Positions 41,140 through 55,570 are shown, numbered from the stretch's first letter. The stretch is DNA of 64,000 nt from Octopus vulgaris (GCA_951406725.2 OX597825.1:83142001-83206000), one strand, 5' to 3'. The notes: generated by a model not told the origin, from the sequence alone. Translations and numbers: made by a program.

Positions 41140-41320
41140 AACCACGTTTCCATGGCGTATAAGTGACCGAGATGATAAGATTCTGGTTGTGGTGCCAAGG
41201 CATCTCATAGTTACTTATTTACAGCTAACAGAACTGGAGCAACGTGAAATGTAGAGACCTGCCCAAGAACAAAACGTATCACCTTGTATTGAGAATCGAA
41301 ACCGTGATGTTACAATCCTA
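41140..41320 (-). mobile_element. Old tRNA-derived SINE remnant (related copy ~50040-50190)
   Basis: tttacagct....actggagcaacgtgaaatg..gcccaagaaca motif and a gaatcgaaacc B box. Confidence 0.5.
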
Positions 41321-41874
41321 AATGTAACATCTGTAAAAACAAGGTTGCAAGCCTTAACCATGACTATATCAAAGAGGAGCATGAAAGCATCGAAACATCT
41401 ATCTAATGATGTCATACTTTCCCAGTATGAACCGCTATCCAGAAAGCGTATTGAACATTTTCAATCGTCTTCAAGACGCCACAATCGAAACGTGTACACA
41501 ATGCTTCACCAGAGATCTCTGCTGCCACCACATCCCATTAGTTTGGTATATTCTTAATTTCATGTTCAGTGCTTTTGCCAAAATGCTCAATTGCAGATAC
41601 GTGGCATTAGTCCTCCATTAGAGTGCAGAAGTCCCCAGGGTGTAATATCTGCTTTGGTCAGTTGTTCAGCATGATTGCAGGTGATAGCAAATCCTGCCCA
41701 AGGTTAAGCAAGAGTAGTACAGATGTTTGAAATGCCTCAATCAGTCGCCAATTTGGTCTACTACTGAAGCCTTAAGATTCTTTCAACTACCATAAGAAAT
41801 CTTGTGTGTAGCAACAAGGTGATCGTAAAATCTAATTATATGAATTGTGTCTGTTTCTTGCTTTTTTTTAAATA

Positions 41875-42300
41875 TTTCTCTGCAGCCAGATGTCGGGAAT
41901 ATGAATATTCATGGCTTTGTTATGACTTGACAAGCTTTCTCCAAACTGGTCGGATTTTCGCTTGAGCTTGCCACTTATGATCGCTTCGTTCCTACTTCAT
42001 ATTTCTTCTGGCATTATCTTTGAATTTCATGTTAGGGGCCCCGTGTTAATTTTTCTCCTCATATAATTGGGATTAAAGGAGTTGCCACAGAGTCAATGTG
42101 TCCCAACCAGCGCAAATTTCTATCAAGAAGGATTTCCAACAAGGTGGAAGACCTGCACGCCGTAGTATCTCTTCATTCGTGATCATGTCAAAGCGAGCTA
42201 TGTTCATAATTTGTCGCAGCTGTCTCACCGAATGTGAATGTAATTTGTCTACTTCAGCTTTATAGACTATCCAGGTTTCAGCAACATGCAGCAGGAAAGA
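41875..42300 (-). mobile_element. RTE-clade LINE 3' fragment
   Basis: LLHVAETWIVYKAEVDKLHSHSVRQLRQIMNIARFDMITNEEILRRAGLP../NLRWLGH. Confidence 0.85.
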
Positions 42301-42349
42301 ATAATTAATCATTATTTGTAATACACACACACACACTCAGAGACACACA

Positions 42350-42431
<82 letters not shown>

Positions 42432-42544
42432 AGTATATACATAAGTGTATGTATATAAATATATACATATGTGAATGTATGTATATATATATATATATAC
42501 ATATATATAAATACATACACATATATACATACATACATACATAT

Positions 42545-42587
<43 letters not shown>

Positions 42588-42615
42588 TATATATACATAC
42601 ATATACATATATATG

Positions 42616-42646
<31 letters not shown>

Positions 42647-44617
42647 ATATAGCATGGCGTATAAATCAATAACATGAGCGTGCATCATGTGGTTCTGAAA
42701 GCTACAGTCATTTCATTTAGAGTATATTTCCCACAATTTGCAATAAATCAACGGAATAATGAAAGAATATTACAAAACAAAAGATGTTATTTTATGAACA
42801 AACAGAAAATATAAGATAAAGAAGGAAGACAGCCATAGATTTGAAAGATAAATTAATTTAAAATGAGAAAGTGTTATACTAATATCAGAATGGAATTTCT
42901 CATTCTACATTAGTGTTATATTCTGTTACCAACGAGGAAGGTCTGTATTCTAGATAAGTCGAAGGTAACATTGAAATGAATTTTTCCCATTGTCAATGTG
43001 AAAAAGAAATGTAGTAGTCTATTGTGGGTAGGAGACTTTGGGGCTCAACGGTTTTGGAACTGTAAATTTCGCGTTGCCCACATCGCTTATTTATTTGATA
43101 TCAGATGAATCGACGTTTCGTTTGAATGTCATTATCGTTTTCTTCTGTCAGTCCACCTCATATGCCGCTCTGGCTCTCTCATTCTTTCATTCCCTCTTTC
43201 ACTCTTTCTTTCCCTCTCTTTCTCTGTTTATGTATATGAGCATATAGTTATGAATGCATTTATATAATGTCCCTCTCTCCTTCACTTCCCCATTCTCTAA
43301 ATCTCTCTCTCTATACGTATATTTCTGTGAATGCATGCATATCTGTTTGCCTCCAGTGCCGAAATGTACTATCGCCAGAACGGGTTGAAAGACGAGTCTG
43401 CCGCGCCAAATCGTCAACGTCCAAAAAGGCGTCGTGCAATCAACTCATCATAATATTTTGTATATTGACAAAGAAACAAAATACCAAATTGTATCAAGGT
43501 AACTAACATCTGTTGGTCAGTGTGGGCACATTTACGAGTGCAACGTGAAGGAAGACTATAATCACTACTATTATTATTTACTATTTATTTCCATGTTTGT
43601 TACACTCACTTGCCGAGACATACTCACCGTCCTAGGGCGAGTGAAGAATGAGAGATGTTACAGTATGACAGTAAGCTTAAGGTGGAGAAATGGCAGGGGC
43701 AGTAGCGATGTCTTATTAAGGGGCCAAGGTGCCATTCAGTGGGACTGAACCCGGAACCATGGGAACACGTAAGCAAACTACTTACCACACAGCCACATGT
43801 ATATACATATTGATGTAAATGTATAAATATTTCAGCATGTCCTAACAACGATAATATATTTCACAACGGATTCTCTTTCTCATTCCCATGATCGTTAGAA
43901 CATCAAATCTGAATGAATTTATCTCATGACGACAGGATTACTACGTAAATCACCCACACATTTGTGAGTTAATATTATTAGTGTGGAAACAAGACGACAA
44001 AATATTCAACACACCCCCGCAAATTAAAGCAACGACACAAACAACTACTTCCACAAAAATATGCAAAAAACAACGCATTTAAACAACAAAAACTAAACAA
44101 GCATCAAGTATAGGAATATTAATAGAAATGCTTAGCGATACGGCTGTGTGAGTATAACGACGAATCGATTATTTATAAACTGGTGCTTAATGTAGCGACA
44201 TGTTTATAATGTAATGGAACTGAACGTTAGAGTTACAACAGATTTAAACAATCAGGTGTGTTGTAGCGGCGGGGCGGGGGAGACTGAACATTGTACACTC
44301 AGGTATTGGTAAAGAATTCATAGCGATCGATTAGTTTTTAGAGTACAGTCGGTAATAGCGATGTGTGTGCATAGAATGCAACATGGAATCATGCAGTCGA
44401 AGTGGAATGGCGACTGATCATGTTTTCGATATTCTAAGTAATGTGTCTACTTAGCCGGGTAAACACAGACACACACGCGCACACACACATGTACACATAC
44501 ACACACATACACACACACACACTCAAACATACGTACACACACGTACACACGCAGACAGATAGATATGACTGACATATATGTATGCATGTGTGTATATATG
44601 TATGTATATAGAACGGG

Positions 44618-44700
<83 letters not shown>

Positions 44701-45599
44701 GTATGTATATATGTATTTATATGCATATATATATATATGTATGTATATATGTATATATGTATGAATATGTATATATGTATGAATATATGTATGCATATAT
44801 GTATGTCTGTATGTTTGGCTTACTCCAAGTTGGAGACGAAAACCGATGTTTCATGTGGTAAACTTTGATAATTAAGGGATTTCTTTCCAAATTTGAAACC
44901 AATGGTAGCCTTAAACCCTAACTGAAGAATCTTTACCCAACGATTCGGTGTTGAGCACTCATTATCATTGTTCGGTCTTAATGCACACACACAAACATAC
45001 ACACGTATACACACACATATACACACGTATACATATCTATATGTGTGTATATGTATACAACTGTATATACATACAAACACACACACACACACGTATATAT
45101 ATATATATATATATATACATACTTACACGCACATATATCAGTCAACCTATGATTCTAACGAGCTATCTGCGCGCGCGCGTGTGTACTAAGTATATGCAAC
45201 ATTATAAACAATTATTAATTAATCTTCACGTTTTCTAATTGGTAAAACCTCAGCAGAATTTCGATTCATTTACTCGGGTGATAAAACATATGAATTGTCT
45301 TAAAATATGTACTCATATAGGCTGAGTAATACACAACCAATACTTATACATACATACATTCATACATATATAATTATCAAGATATTGGTGTAATAATGCC
45401 GAGGAAGTATATTATATTGAGCTACGAAGAATAGCGATTTTTATATGCAGTTGTTCGCTTCATTAATATATGTATATATATATTTCGCTTTGCCCACAAT
45501 TCATATTTATTTGCTATCATATGAATCAACGTTTCGTTTGAATGTTCTTATCGTTTTCTTCTGTCTGTCAATCTCATATGTCTCTCTGGCTCTCTCATT

Positions 45600-45650
<51 letters not shown>

Positions 45651-45977
45651 TATGTGTGTGTGTGTGTGTGCGTATGCTTGTATATACGTATATACATATA
45701 TGTAGATATACACACACACACACACATATATTTGTACATATAAGCATATATACATATATATATTTATGTATATGTTCGTGTGTTTGTGTTTGTCCCTCGC
45801 CATCGCTTCTCGACCGATGTTGGTGCGTTGGTGTGCGGTTCGGCCTAAAAGACAGAAAGAATAAGTACTAGGCTGGGGTTGATTTGTTCGACTAAAGGCG
45901 GTGCTCCAGTATGGTCGAAGTTAAGTGACTGAAACAAGTAAAAGAATATATACATAGAGGGTGCGTTGGGTAAATTA

Positions 45978-46586
45978 CTCTCTTTTTACTCTTTTTACTT
46001 GTTTCAGTCATTTGACTGCGGCCATACTGGAGCACCATCTTTAATCGAGCAAATCGACCCCGGGACTTATTCTTTGTAAGCCCAGTACTTATTCTATCGG
46101 TCTCTTTTGCCAAGCCGCTAGGTGACGGGGACATAAACACACCAGCATCGGTTGTCAAGCAATGCTAGGGGAACAAACAAACACACACGCACATATATAT
46201 ATATATATATATATACAACGGGAAGCTTTATGAAAATAGACAAAAGATGAAGGCAGGTTTACGGAAATAAAGAAAAGACGAAGGCAGGTGGAATACAAAC
46301 AAACAATTGTATTAGTATGGCGCTCAGGAAATATAAACAAAACAAGTCTTTAACGTTTCGAGCCTACGCTCTTCAACAGAAAGATACACAGAGAAAAAAC
46401 ACAGAAAGAATATACATATATACGACAGGCTTCTTTCAGTTTCCGTCTACCAAATCCACTCACAAGGCTTTGGTCGGCTCGAGGCTATAGTAGAAGACAC
46501 TTGCCCAAGGTGTCACACAGTGGGACTGAACCCGGAACCATGTGGTTGGTAAGCAAGCTACTTACCACACAGCCACTCCTGCGCCT
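45978..46586 (-). mobile_element. Full family B SINE inserted in the transposon left end and itself interrupted by a PLE remnant (46217-46410)
   Basis: Tail at 45978, head at 46586; another family B tail (+) lies at 45780-45945. Confidence 0.85.
46347..46384 (-). ncRNA. Minimal hammerhead variant (CUGUUGA core)
   Basis: tcttt CTGTTGA a-gagc-gtag-gctc GAAA cg TT aaaga; stems I and II perfect, AACGTT palindrome. Confidence 0.6.
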
Positions 46587-47751
46587 ATATTGTTTATCTT
46601 TTATATAACTAATTTCGCGCTTGCGCATTGTTTGTGATTTTATCGACTAAACAGTATAGTAGGGTCAGTTGGGCAGCATCTGTGAGAAAAACAGCAACAT
46701 GGCGCAATTCACTCTGCCAGAAATTTGGAAACGACATGCTGTACTGCTAGGTATTTGTGCCGGAAGCTCCAATACATTACAGAGTGTTTGGGTGTCAATC
46801 AGAGGACACCTACTGAGAGTGATAAAAATCAAACATCCGGTCATCATCATGGTGTTTGGAGTGATCACTAGTGATGGCGACGTTCTGCCTTCATTCTTTT
46901 TCAGCATAGAGGTCTACATCATGTGCCTGGTGGAGGTAGCGCTGCGGTGGCTCAAGAGGGTTGTTGCTGGATCAACCTGTGTCTGGCAACAGGACTCTGT
47001 ACCACGCCACATAAGCAGGAGAAACCAGTCATGGCTGTCAGACAATTTCTGCAACCATATCACCCCTAACATCTGGCTGCTTAACGCCCCAGATTGCAAC
47101 CCCCTCGCATAATAATGAAGGGGGTTGCAGTCTGGAGAGGTAGGCAGCCAGATGTTAGGGGTGGTATGGTCGCAGGAATTGAACGAGAGACCAGCAATAC
47201 TCATTGTAACATCAGTGATGAACTGAAGACAAGTATTATGGCAGCATTCATCAATTTAAAGAAGAAGACCTTCGGAAACTTTGCAGGAGGTTACGGAGTC
47301 ATCTGGAGGACGTGGTTGAGGCCAATGGCGATTTTGTTGAATAAATTTACTCTTTACTCTTTCAAAATATCTTAATGTATTTTGATAAATATATCTGTTA
47401 AAATGAAATGTCAGTGTTATTTTCATTTTTGTGAAATTTAGACGACAGTTTATTCACCGCACCTTCTCTCTCTCTCCCTCTCTCTATCTCTCTTTTTCTC
47501 TCTCCTCCTCTCTCTCTTTCTCTCTCCTTCTCTCTCTCTCTATGTGTGTGTGTGTCCTATTAAGTAGATAGATTGAGACAAAGAAGAAAACATATATAAA
47601 CACATAAAGATCTGTTTAATATACTTATGTACGAATATAAAGCTCACAGAGGCACACATACACAAATGTATAACACAATCATATCTATCCATTCAATCTC
47701 TCTACCTCTCTTTCTCACTCTCTCTCTATCTCTGTATATATATGTATATAC

Positions 47752-47791
<40 letters not shown>

Positions 47792-48392
47792 ATATATATT
47801 TGTGTGTGTATGTATGCATACAGACATACACTTATGTACACATATATACGTACGTGTTGTAAACTACACAGTGTTTCACGATAATTCTAAATATATAAAG
47901 TCTTTCGAATTAATATACAACTTAGCATCGCTGTCAAAATGAAGTACCCCCCTCTCCCTTTCTCATTTCCCCAATTTATTTATGCATACTCATACACACA
48001 CAGATACACACACACTCACACGAACACACACATACACACACACACCCGCACATTTAGGCATAGTTATAAATATTAACATGCATAAGAACAGCACTAGGTG
48101 TTCTGTGAACGGGTAGGTAGCATGGTGCGTTGGCGAAATTATGTACGGTGTCATGAGCATGAGGGAAGTGAAATGAACTGCTATATTAAAAGCGATATGT
48201 GCACTGGGTTTTCTCTGTACTTATCATCGTTAATCTAAATGCTCTTGCCTGGCACATACAGATATAGCTCTGACTTGGTACGACAACAACGCCAAGCTTA
48301 TTGAAATGGAAAAATAACATTGCTTTCTTTGGGTGGAGGTACAAAAATGTGTGATTACAAAAGAAGTATACGTGTACAAAATATACACATGT

Positions 48393-48476
<84 letters not shown>

Positions 48477-48492
48477 ATATACACACATATAT

Positions 48493-48535
<43 letters not shown>

Positions 48536-48867
48536 TACATATATATATGATATATATGGAAATATATATATATATATATTTGCATTTTTATGGGTATACA
48601 TATACTATGAGACATATACACACAGAATAATATCATATATATATATAGAAACGATTGTACATTCGCACCTGTTCCCACATATATATGTACCTGATTTTTG
48701 TGGGTATATATGTGTCCCCGGTTGTGTGTGCATGCGTGTATATGTTTGTGCATGTAGCTATATGCGTATACATTCGTACGTAGCCTTACATGTTCACAGA
48801 TAAATGCATACATATATATATATATGTGTGTGTATATAAATGCATCTACATATATAGTTATATTCAT

Positions 48868-48916
<49 letters not shown>

Positions 48917-49040
48917 GACTACAATTGTATATATATGTGTGTATGCGATTGTGTATGTGTGTGTCGGTGTTTGTGTATGTGTGTATGTTTGTATGATTAT
49001 ATACATATTGATATCTATTTATGAATATATATGATATGTA

Positions 49041-49082
<42 letters not shown>

Positions 49083-49101
49083 ATATGCATTTATATGATT
49101 A

Positions 49102-49214
<113 letters not shown>

Positions 49215-49521
49215 ATATAGATATATATGAAATTCTGCGTCCGTCTGCTATATATGTGACATAGCAAAAACGAAAACTGTTCCAATTTTAACAATTCATA
49301 TTAAGGATATATTTTTGTTTAAAAAAAGAAAGAAGGAAAGAAAGAAGCAAAGCACCACCGAACTGATATTTGCTTATTGCTACTTTGTATTCTCTTTGCA
49401 ACAATAATTCCAAATATTCTTTGATGTCTGAATACTTTACTCGTCTGATTGATATTTGCTACATCCAAGTCACCGACTTCAATAAGCACCGATTGGTTCA
49501 TATATATATATATATACATAC

Positions 49522-49567
<46 letters not shown>

Positions 49568-50232
49568 TATTTATATCTCTTGTAATATAAATGATATATC
49601 TATTTGTAAACATATATATCATATATCATATTTATATCTCATAATATAAATGATATATATATATACGTACGTAGATATGTATGTGTGTGTGTGTGTGTGT
49701 GTGTGCATATGTATATATATATATATATATATGTGTGTGTTCTTTGATCATTCATGCAAGCAAACATGATAAGGACAACGGCAAGTAATGTGTTGTCTGT
49801 TTTAGATTAGCGGTAAAAGTTTGAAGTATAATCGTGAACGCAGGCATGGCTCAGCGGTTAAGACGGTTGCCTTGCATTTATGAGGTCTGTGGATCGATTC
49901 TGATATGCGGTTCCTTCTTTATGGGTGTAGATGAAATTTGATAGATTTACCTGAATTTCAAATCTCCAGGCTTCTTAGATGAGATGTAGTGCGGATTTAA
50001 CCAAAAATTTACGGTAAATTTATTACTGTCTCTGGTCGTAGGCCTTATGCGGTCGGTAACTCGGATTCCCTGGCGTATAAGCTGGAAATACCATAGCAGC
50101 TATCCCATTCTTTTTTAGGGTTTACAATTGAGTGAAATGGAGCAATGAGAAACGAAGCGTGTTGTTGAGGGACACAACGCCCCAACAAGAAAGACAATGT
50201 CGACGTCGGCGGAATTTGAACCCAGAACGTAA

Positions 50233-50267
<35 letters not shown>

Positions 50268-51149
50268 TGATGATAATGATAATAATAATAAAGACCTGAA
50301 ATTCTTTGAAGGCTTAGTCGGAGGATCGATGCCATCGATGCGTCTATTAAAGAAAATAATTTACTGATTTATTTTGTCCGAAATGACAAAAAGCAATCAA
50401 GGTTTTTCGATATTTGATCTCCCAATCTAAAGAGTCGGAAGAAAAACATCTACCCTCAGAAGCCGTACTTTTCACAACTATCATCTCTGATTTACCCCGG
50501 CTCTTACAGAAATGACTGCTTATTCTACAATTATCCCAAGACAACCCATTATTAAATTCTACACAACTACCACTCAATAATACAGAACACAGAGAACATT
50601 CTTCACAGGACTGTCAACCAATTATATAGCACATAGCAAAAATCACAAGGCATCCATCCGTGACAATCCCATATTATTTTTCTTTATATCAAAGATCACA
50701 CACACCGAAAGAGTTCTAACACGGTGATAGAATGCAGCTCTAGAGAGATTTGGCTGCTATTTCATTCACTAGAAATGGTATTAAAGTGTAGCAAAATCGA
50801 TCCTTTTAGCAAAGAATCAAGTTATTAAGCTTAGCTCTTGGGAAAGTTTAGACAGTTCAAATAAGGTAAAGAATTTTCGTCGAAAGCCATATCTGATTAA
50901 AGTGGATGGTAAAACGAAAGCTATTGAATAACCATGTACGGGATGCCATAGCATAATCCGAAGAGATAAGAGATACTCGAACGATTGTATAAGATTTCAA
51001 TGAGGTTCAATTAAAGAAAATCAAAAACGGTTTTGCATAGAAACCTTTATAAAATGCTGAAGGAGAGCATCGTGCTTTACAAACAAGAAGCGAGAGCAGA
51101 TAGAATGTCTGTTGAAGTGAACGTAAAATAGAGAGATAAGTAGGGAGAG

Positions 51150-52045
51150 TTGGAAGAATGTTTATAAATGAAGTTAGAAAGGGAGACACGTTATTTATGC
51201 AACAATGAAGAAGTTTGGTTGGATAAATATTGCATCGAAGGAGAGCACGATAAAAAGTGTTTCTATTAACAGAGTAGAAAGTGTAAAATTCAGGCTAAGA
51301 GAAGAAGCTAGGTGTAGTAATGAAGAATTAATGAATTGGGAATAAAAGAAAATGCGATAGCATCTTTATTTTCCATTTTCCATTGCTTCGTCACAGAAGT
51401 GAAACTTGCGTGAAGTGTTTTCAATTGGCGGAGAAAGTCTTGATATCTCTCTGCTAAGAACCAAGTCAAGGAGCTGGAGGAGAAATATTTTGATATCCCC
51501 CCCCATGCCGGGAACCTATTTAGAGTGCTGCCACAGAAACATCTTTGCACACACCCATGCTAGTAATCTAGTTGAAGCGTTATGTCAACTTATCACCGAC
51601 ATATGTTTCGACTGATACATTAACGCTTCAACTAGGTTACTAGCATGGGTGTGTGCAAAGATGTTTCTGTGGCAGCACTCTAAATAGGTTCCCGGCATGG
51701 GGGATACCAAAATATTTCTCCTCCAGCTCCTTGACTTGGTTCTTAGCAGGGAGATATCAAGACCTTCTCCGCCAATTGAAAACACTTCACGCAAGTTGCA
51801 CTTCTGTGACGAAGCAATGGAAAATAAAACAAAGATGCTATTGCATCTTTAATTCCCAATTCATTAATTCTCCATTACTACACCTAGCTTCTTCTCTTAG
51901 CCTGAATTTTACACTTTCTACTCTGTTAATAGAAACACTTTATATCGTGCTCTCCTTTGATGCAATATTTATCCAACCAAACTTCTTCATTGTTGCCTAT
52001 ATAACGTGTCTCCCTTTCTAACTTCATTTATAAACATTCTTCCAA
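51150..52045. repeat. Large near-perfect palindrome (~435-bp arms, ~31-bp spacer), probable PLE remnant
   Basis: 51150-51585 versus 51617-52045 (paired ORFs 51308-/51653+ and 51406+/51585-); the spacer reads GAAA catatg TC ggtga on the minus strand. Confidence 0.9.
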
Positions 52046-52061
52046 TTATAGCAATTGTCTT

Positions 52062-52695
52062 GACACATTTGCTCGCAGACGTTTGATGTCTGTAGTTATT
52101 ATCAGTGTGCTTTTCGGCGATTTAAATAAGGGAGATAACTGTTATTTCCATCAGGTAGACACACTTCGTATATTTGTTTGTCAATTTTAATCCTTCACGT
52201 ATGTAATGCCTTTCTGGGCCTGCAATCGCCTACATTATTGATTCTGCTATTATCATTTTTAAATTGTTACACTAGATAATAGCAGAATCAATAATATCTT
52301 CGCAAATATTTCTCCTCAATTATTTGCTCCGTATTCAAATTATTTTCACACTGGTGACTGCTGTCATTTGGCGCAAAGCAATTCAGTAGCAGCGAAGTCT
52401 TCAACGTGAGAGGTTGGGGCTTTTCATCATGTTAACACGTGCTGGTGAAGGTGAGGCTATAATGCCAGTCTAGAAACAGGTCCACGTGAGTACAAATACT
52501 TGAATGTATGTTGAAGGATTGTTTTGACCTGTTCGCTTGCAGACGGTTGATTTCTGTAGTTATTATCAATGGTTTTTTTTCGGCGATTTAAGTTAGAGTT
52601 TCGACTATTATTTCTAGCAGGTAGACGTACTTAGTATGTCCTTTGATTAATTTTAATCCTTCACCTATTTAATGATTTTGGGGCCTGCAATCGCC
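52062..52695 (+). repeat. Diverged ~170-bp direct repeat pair (52062-52230, 52526-52695)
   Basis: Both contain ctgtagttattatca and end in gggcctgcaatcgcc. Confidence 0.75.
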
Positions 52696-53093
52696 AAAAG
52701 AAGATACTTGCTCAAGATGACATGCAGTGGAACTGAACTCGTTATCATGTGGTTGGGAAGCAAACTTTTTTCCATACAGCCACGGCATAAAAATTAAATT
52801 CCTCAATATTATTACGACCACAATTCACAAACTGACAATAAACTTGACGGTTTTTCCTGAGACGTATCTGTCCAAACTTCCAAATAATATGGAACTCAAC
52901 TTAAAACATATCAAAATAACTGACAGACGTAAGAAGTATATGTACTTTAGCAGACATGTTGGTATTCTTCGGACAAGATCTCATCTACGGGGAACTGGAG
53001 GCATTATTAGTCAATGATGTTCTGGACAGCGAAATTAGAAAACGGATAGAATAATATAGAGGGTGTGAAACGCAACATATATATATATATATG

Positions 53094-53150
<57 letters not shown>

Positions 53151-53262
53151 GTGCGTGTGTGTGTGTGCGTGTGTGTGTGTATATATATATAAATGATTAT
53201 ATATATATATATATATATATATAGTTGGGGCGCATGACTTATTGGTTAGGGTGTTGCACTCA

Positions 53263-53299
<37 letters not shown>

Positions 53300-53457
53300 C
53301 AGCGTAATAAAAACTTTTAGAAATTTTCACTACCAGTGGCCTAGCGTGTAGAAAAATTAGTCAATAGACTATATATTATTCATATAGATACAGTATACAT
53401 TTAAACACATAAGAGGTATCCATCATCCTGGCACGCTAGAAGGAGCAGCCAAAATCC

Positions 53458-54200
53458 AAACCACTATTAGGGATAAAACTTCGAAGGGAATGAAAAATAA
53501 AAACATTTACCATCCATCTCCTGGACCATGGTTTCTAGCTACACCTAGGTTAAACATATAAGTACGAGGCAAACCAGCATATGGCTCGTGCTTACACATT
53601 ATAAGTTTTCAAACCCACCGCGCAGGCGCAGCTTTTTGTCGGCAGCAAATAAATAATGCCAGCGTTACTTCGAAAATTTTCCAGAAAAAGAGATTCAATA
53701 ATTAATAAACGATGGTAATAAAAACTCCGACAATGTATTTTTCTTTGTCAGGTATAATGCTGATGTCGAATGTGACATTTAAGTCCCGCTAACGATTTGC
53801 AAAGAAGACCACAGGGGTTGCAAGTATGAGGATTACAGGTCAGAGCAGGTGGTATATTTGCAGCTGCTTTTCTCCTTGGCCTTGCTCCCCGAAGCTTGTT
53901 AATGTTGGTTGTAAAAAAGGTTTTTAACACCATTCTTTTCGTACCAATGCAGTTCACTCAAAGGTGCTGTGAGCTATTTTCATCACTAAGAGGTTACTCT
54001 TCAGCTTGTCTTTATATCTCAGCTATGGTCGACCAACATTTTTGTGTCCACTGTCAAGCTGGCTGTACATAAGCGCTTAGGGTATTCTTTCGTTACTCAT
54101 TCTGACCACATGATCAGCCCAGCGCAATTGTAATTGTATAAGGAAGCTCTCAATTCTACCAATCTTGTACTTAGTAAACAAGACGGTATTAGAAACTTTG
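53458..54200 (-). mobile_element. RTE LINE 3' fragment (53722-54200) plus the same ~265-bp segment found at 29033-29298
   Basis: ORF 53748- ends in the same peptide as ORF 28815+. Confidence 0.9.
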
Positions 54201-54204
54201 GAAT

Positions 54205-54247
<43 letters not shown>

Positions 54248-54769
54248 TACGCAAACACAACTAAAATAATCAAAACTTATGTAACACAAAATAATGCCTG
54301 CCAAAGGAAAAACAGGTATCTTGGAATGAATTTCCGAACGCAGGTGATCAATAATTAATTTACCTACTTACAGAAGGTTCTTTGAATTCGCATGTTAGTG
54401 GCTGTGTATACCCCAGACAGTTATCCGTTTCATCGTCACGCAGAAATAGTGTAACAAAGCTGGCATTTAGATTTCATATAAAAATCAAGACGAAGGGATT
54501 TCTATTACCCATTTGTTTTCTGTGTTTCACTCAGAACATATGGGTTGACACTAACTTATAGACAATCACACTAGCTCTTCATCTCATGTAGTGAGATCGA
54601 ACTCACGACGTCACGGTTGCTAGTGGACTTATGAACAATTTGTTCACAATATGTCTCCAAATGCTGCAAATCAGTAAGATCTCGGAAATGCTTAAAAATA
54701 ATTAAAGCGACACCACAAAATTAATTAACAGTCATAGCTAAGACCAATGGATCAACATTCTTTCGTTTT

Positions 54770-55570
54770 AACTCGTTTCAGTCTTTGAGAGCGGCCATGC
54801 TGGGGCACCGCCTTGAGTAAAGTTTAGTCTGACGAGTAGACACAAGGACTAATTCTAACCTTCTTTATGCCGAACTGCAATCGTACGGGGCCGCAATGTT
54901 ACCAACACCGGTTTACCTTTCGCTCTTCTTTGAGCAAATGGATTACAGCCATACTGGAGCATCACCTTGTGGGTGTATCCGAAGAAATCGATCAGATGCT
55001 AGGAATTACGTAAATCTGCTTTTTATCCTGTAGACCACGTTTTGCTGGACCGACATGATCCGGGATGTCAACAAACTGACGCCGGTTGTGTAATGGGGGA
55101 AGCGATAATCATGAACACCCATGCACACATACATACACACAAACATACAAAAATATTTATAGATGCATATATGTGTCTGTATGTGTATATATTTATATAC
55201 ATTCACACACATACATTCATTGATACAGGTATGTATTAAGGCTGCGAGCTCGCAAAATCGTTAGCAAACCGGACAAAACATTTAACGGCATTTCGTCCCT
55301 TATTACGTTTTGTGTCCAAATACTGCCGAGGTTGCCATTGCCTTTTATTCATTCGAGGTAGCTAAAACAATCACCAGTTGAGCACTGGGGTCGAAACCGC
55401 TGTCCTTGTGCCAAAATTTGAAATCAATATACGTATATATGTACGTGCAGACTTCCAGAGAAGGTGTGATCGGGTCGAGTCTTTAGTAGAAGACGCTTAC
55501 TCAAGGAGCCACGAGTAGGACTGAATTCGAAACCACGTGTTTTCAAACCAGATTTTAACAACACAGCCTT
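54770..55570. mobile_element. Cluster of degenerate family B (-) and family A (+, 55238-55420) SINEs
   Basis: gcggccatgctggggcaccgcc tail; aaggctgcgagctcgcaaaatcgttagc head. Confidence 0.6.

Larger units (their letters stand above)
45956..47467 (+). mobile_element. Internally deleted Tc1/mariner (maT/DD37D-like) transposon with nested insertions
   Basis: KHPVIIMVFGVITSDG..WQQDSVPRH..WL..NIWLLNAPDCNPL; imperfect TIRs agagggtgcgttgggtaaatt (45956) and cagtttattcaccgcaccttct (47446-47467). Confidence 0.8.

Noticed and set aside
50400-50700. Decayed Penelope linker/GIY-YIG coding remnant (FTGLSTNYIAHSKNHKASIR)
   Set aside because: Similarity too weak to call without a profile search
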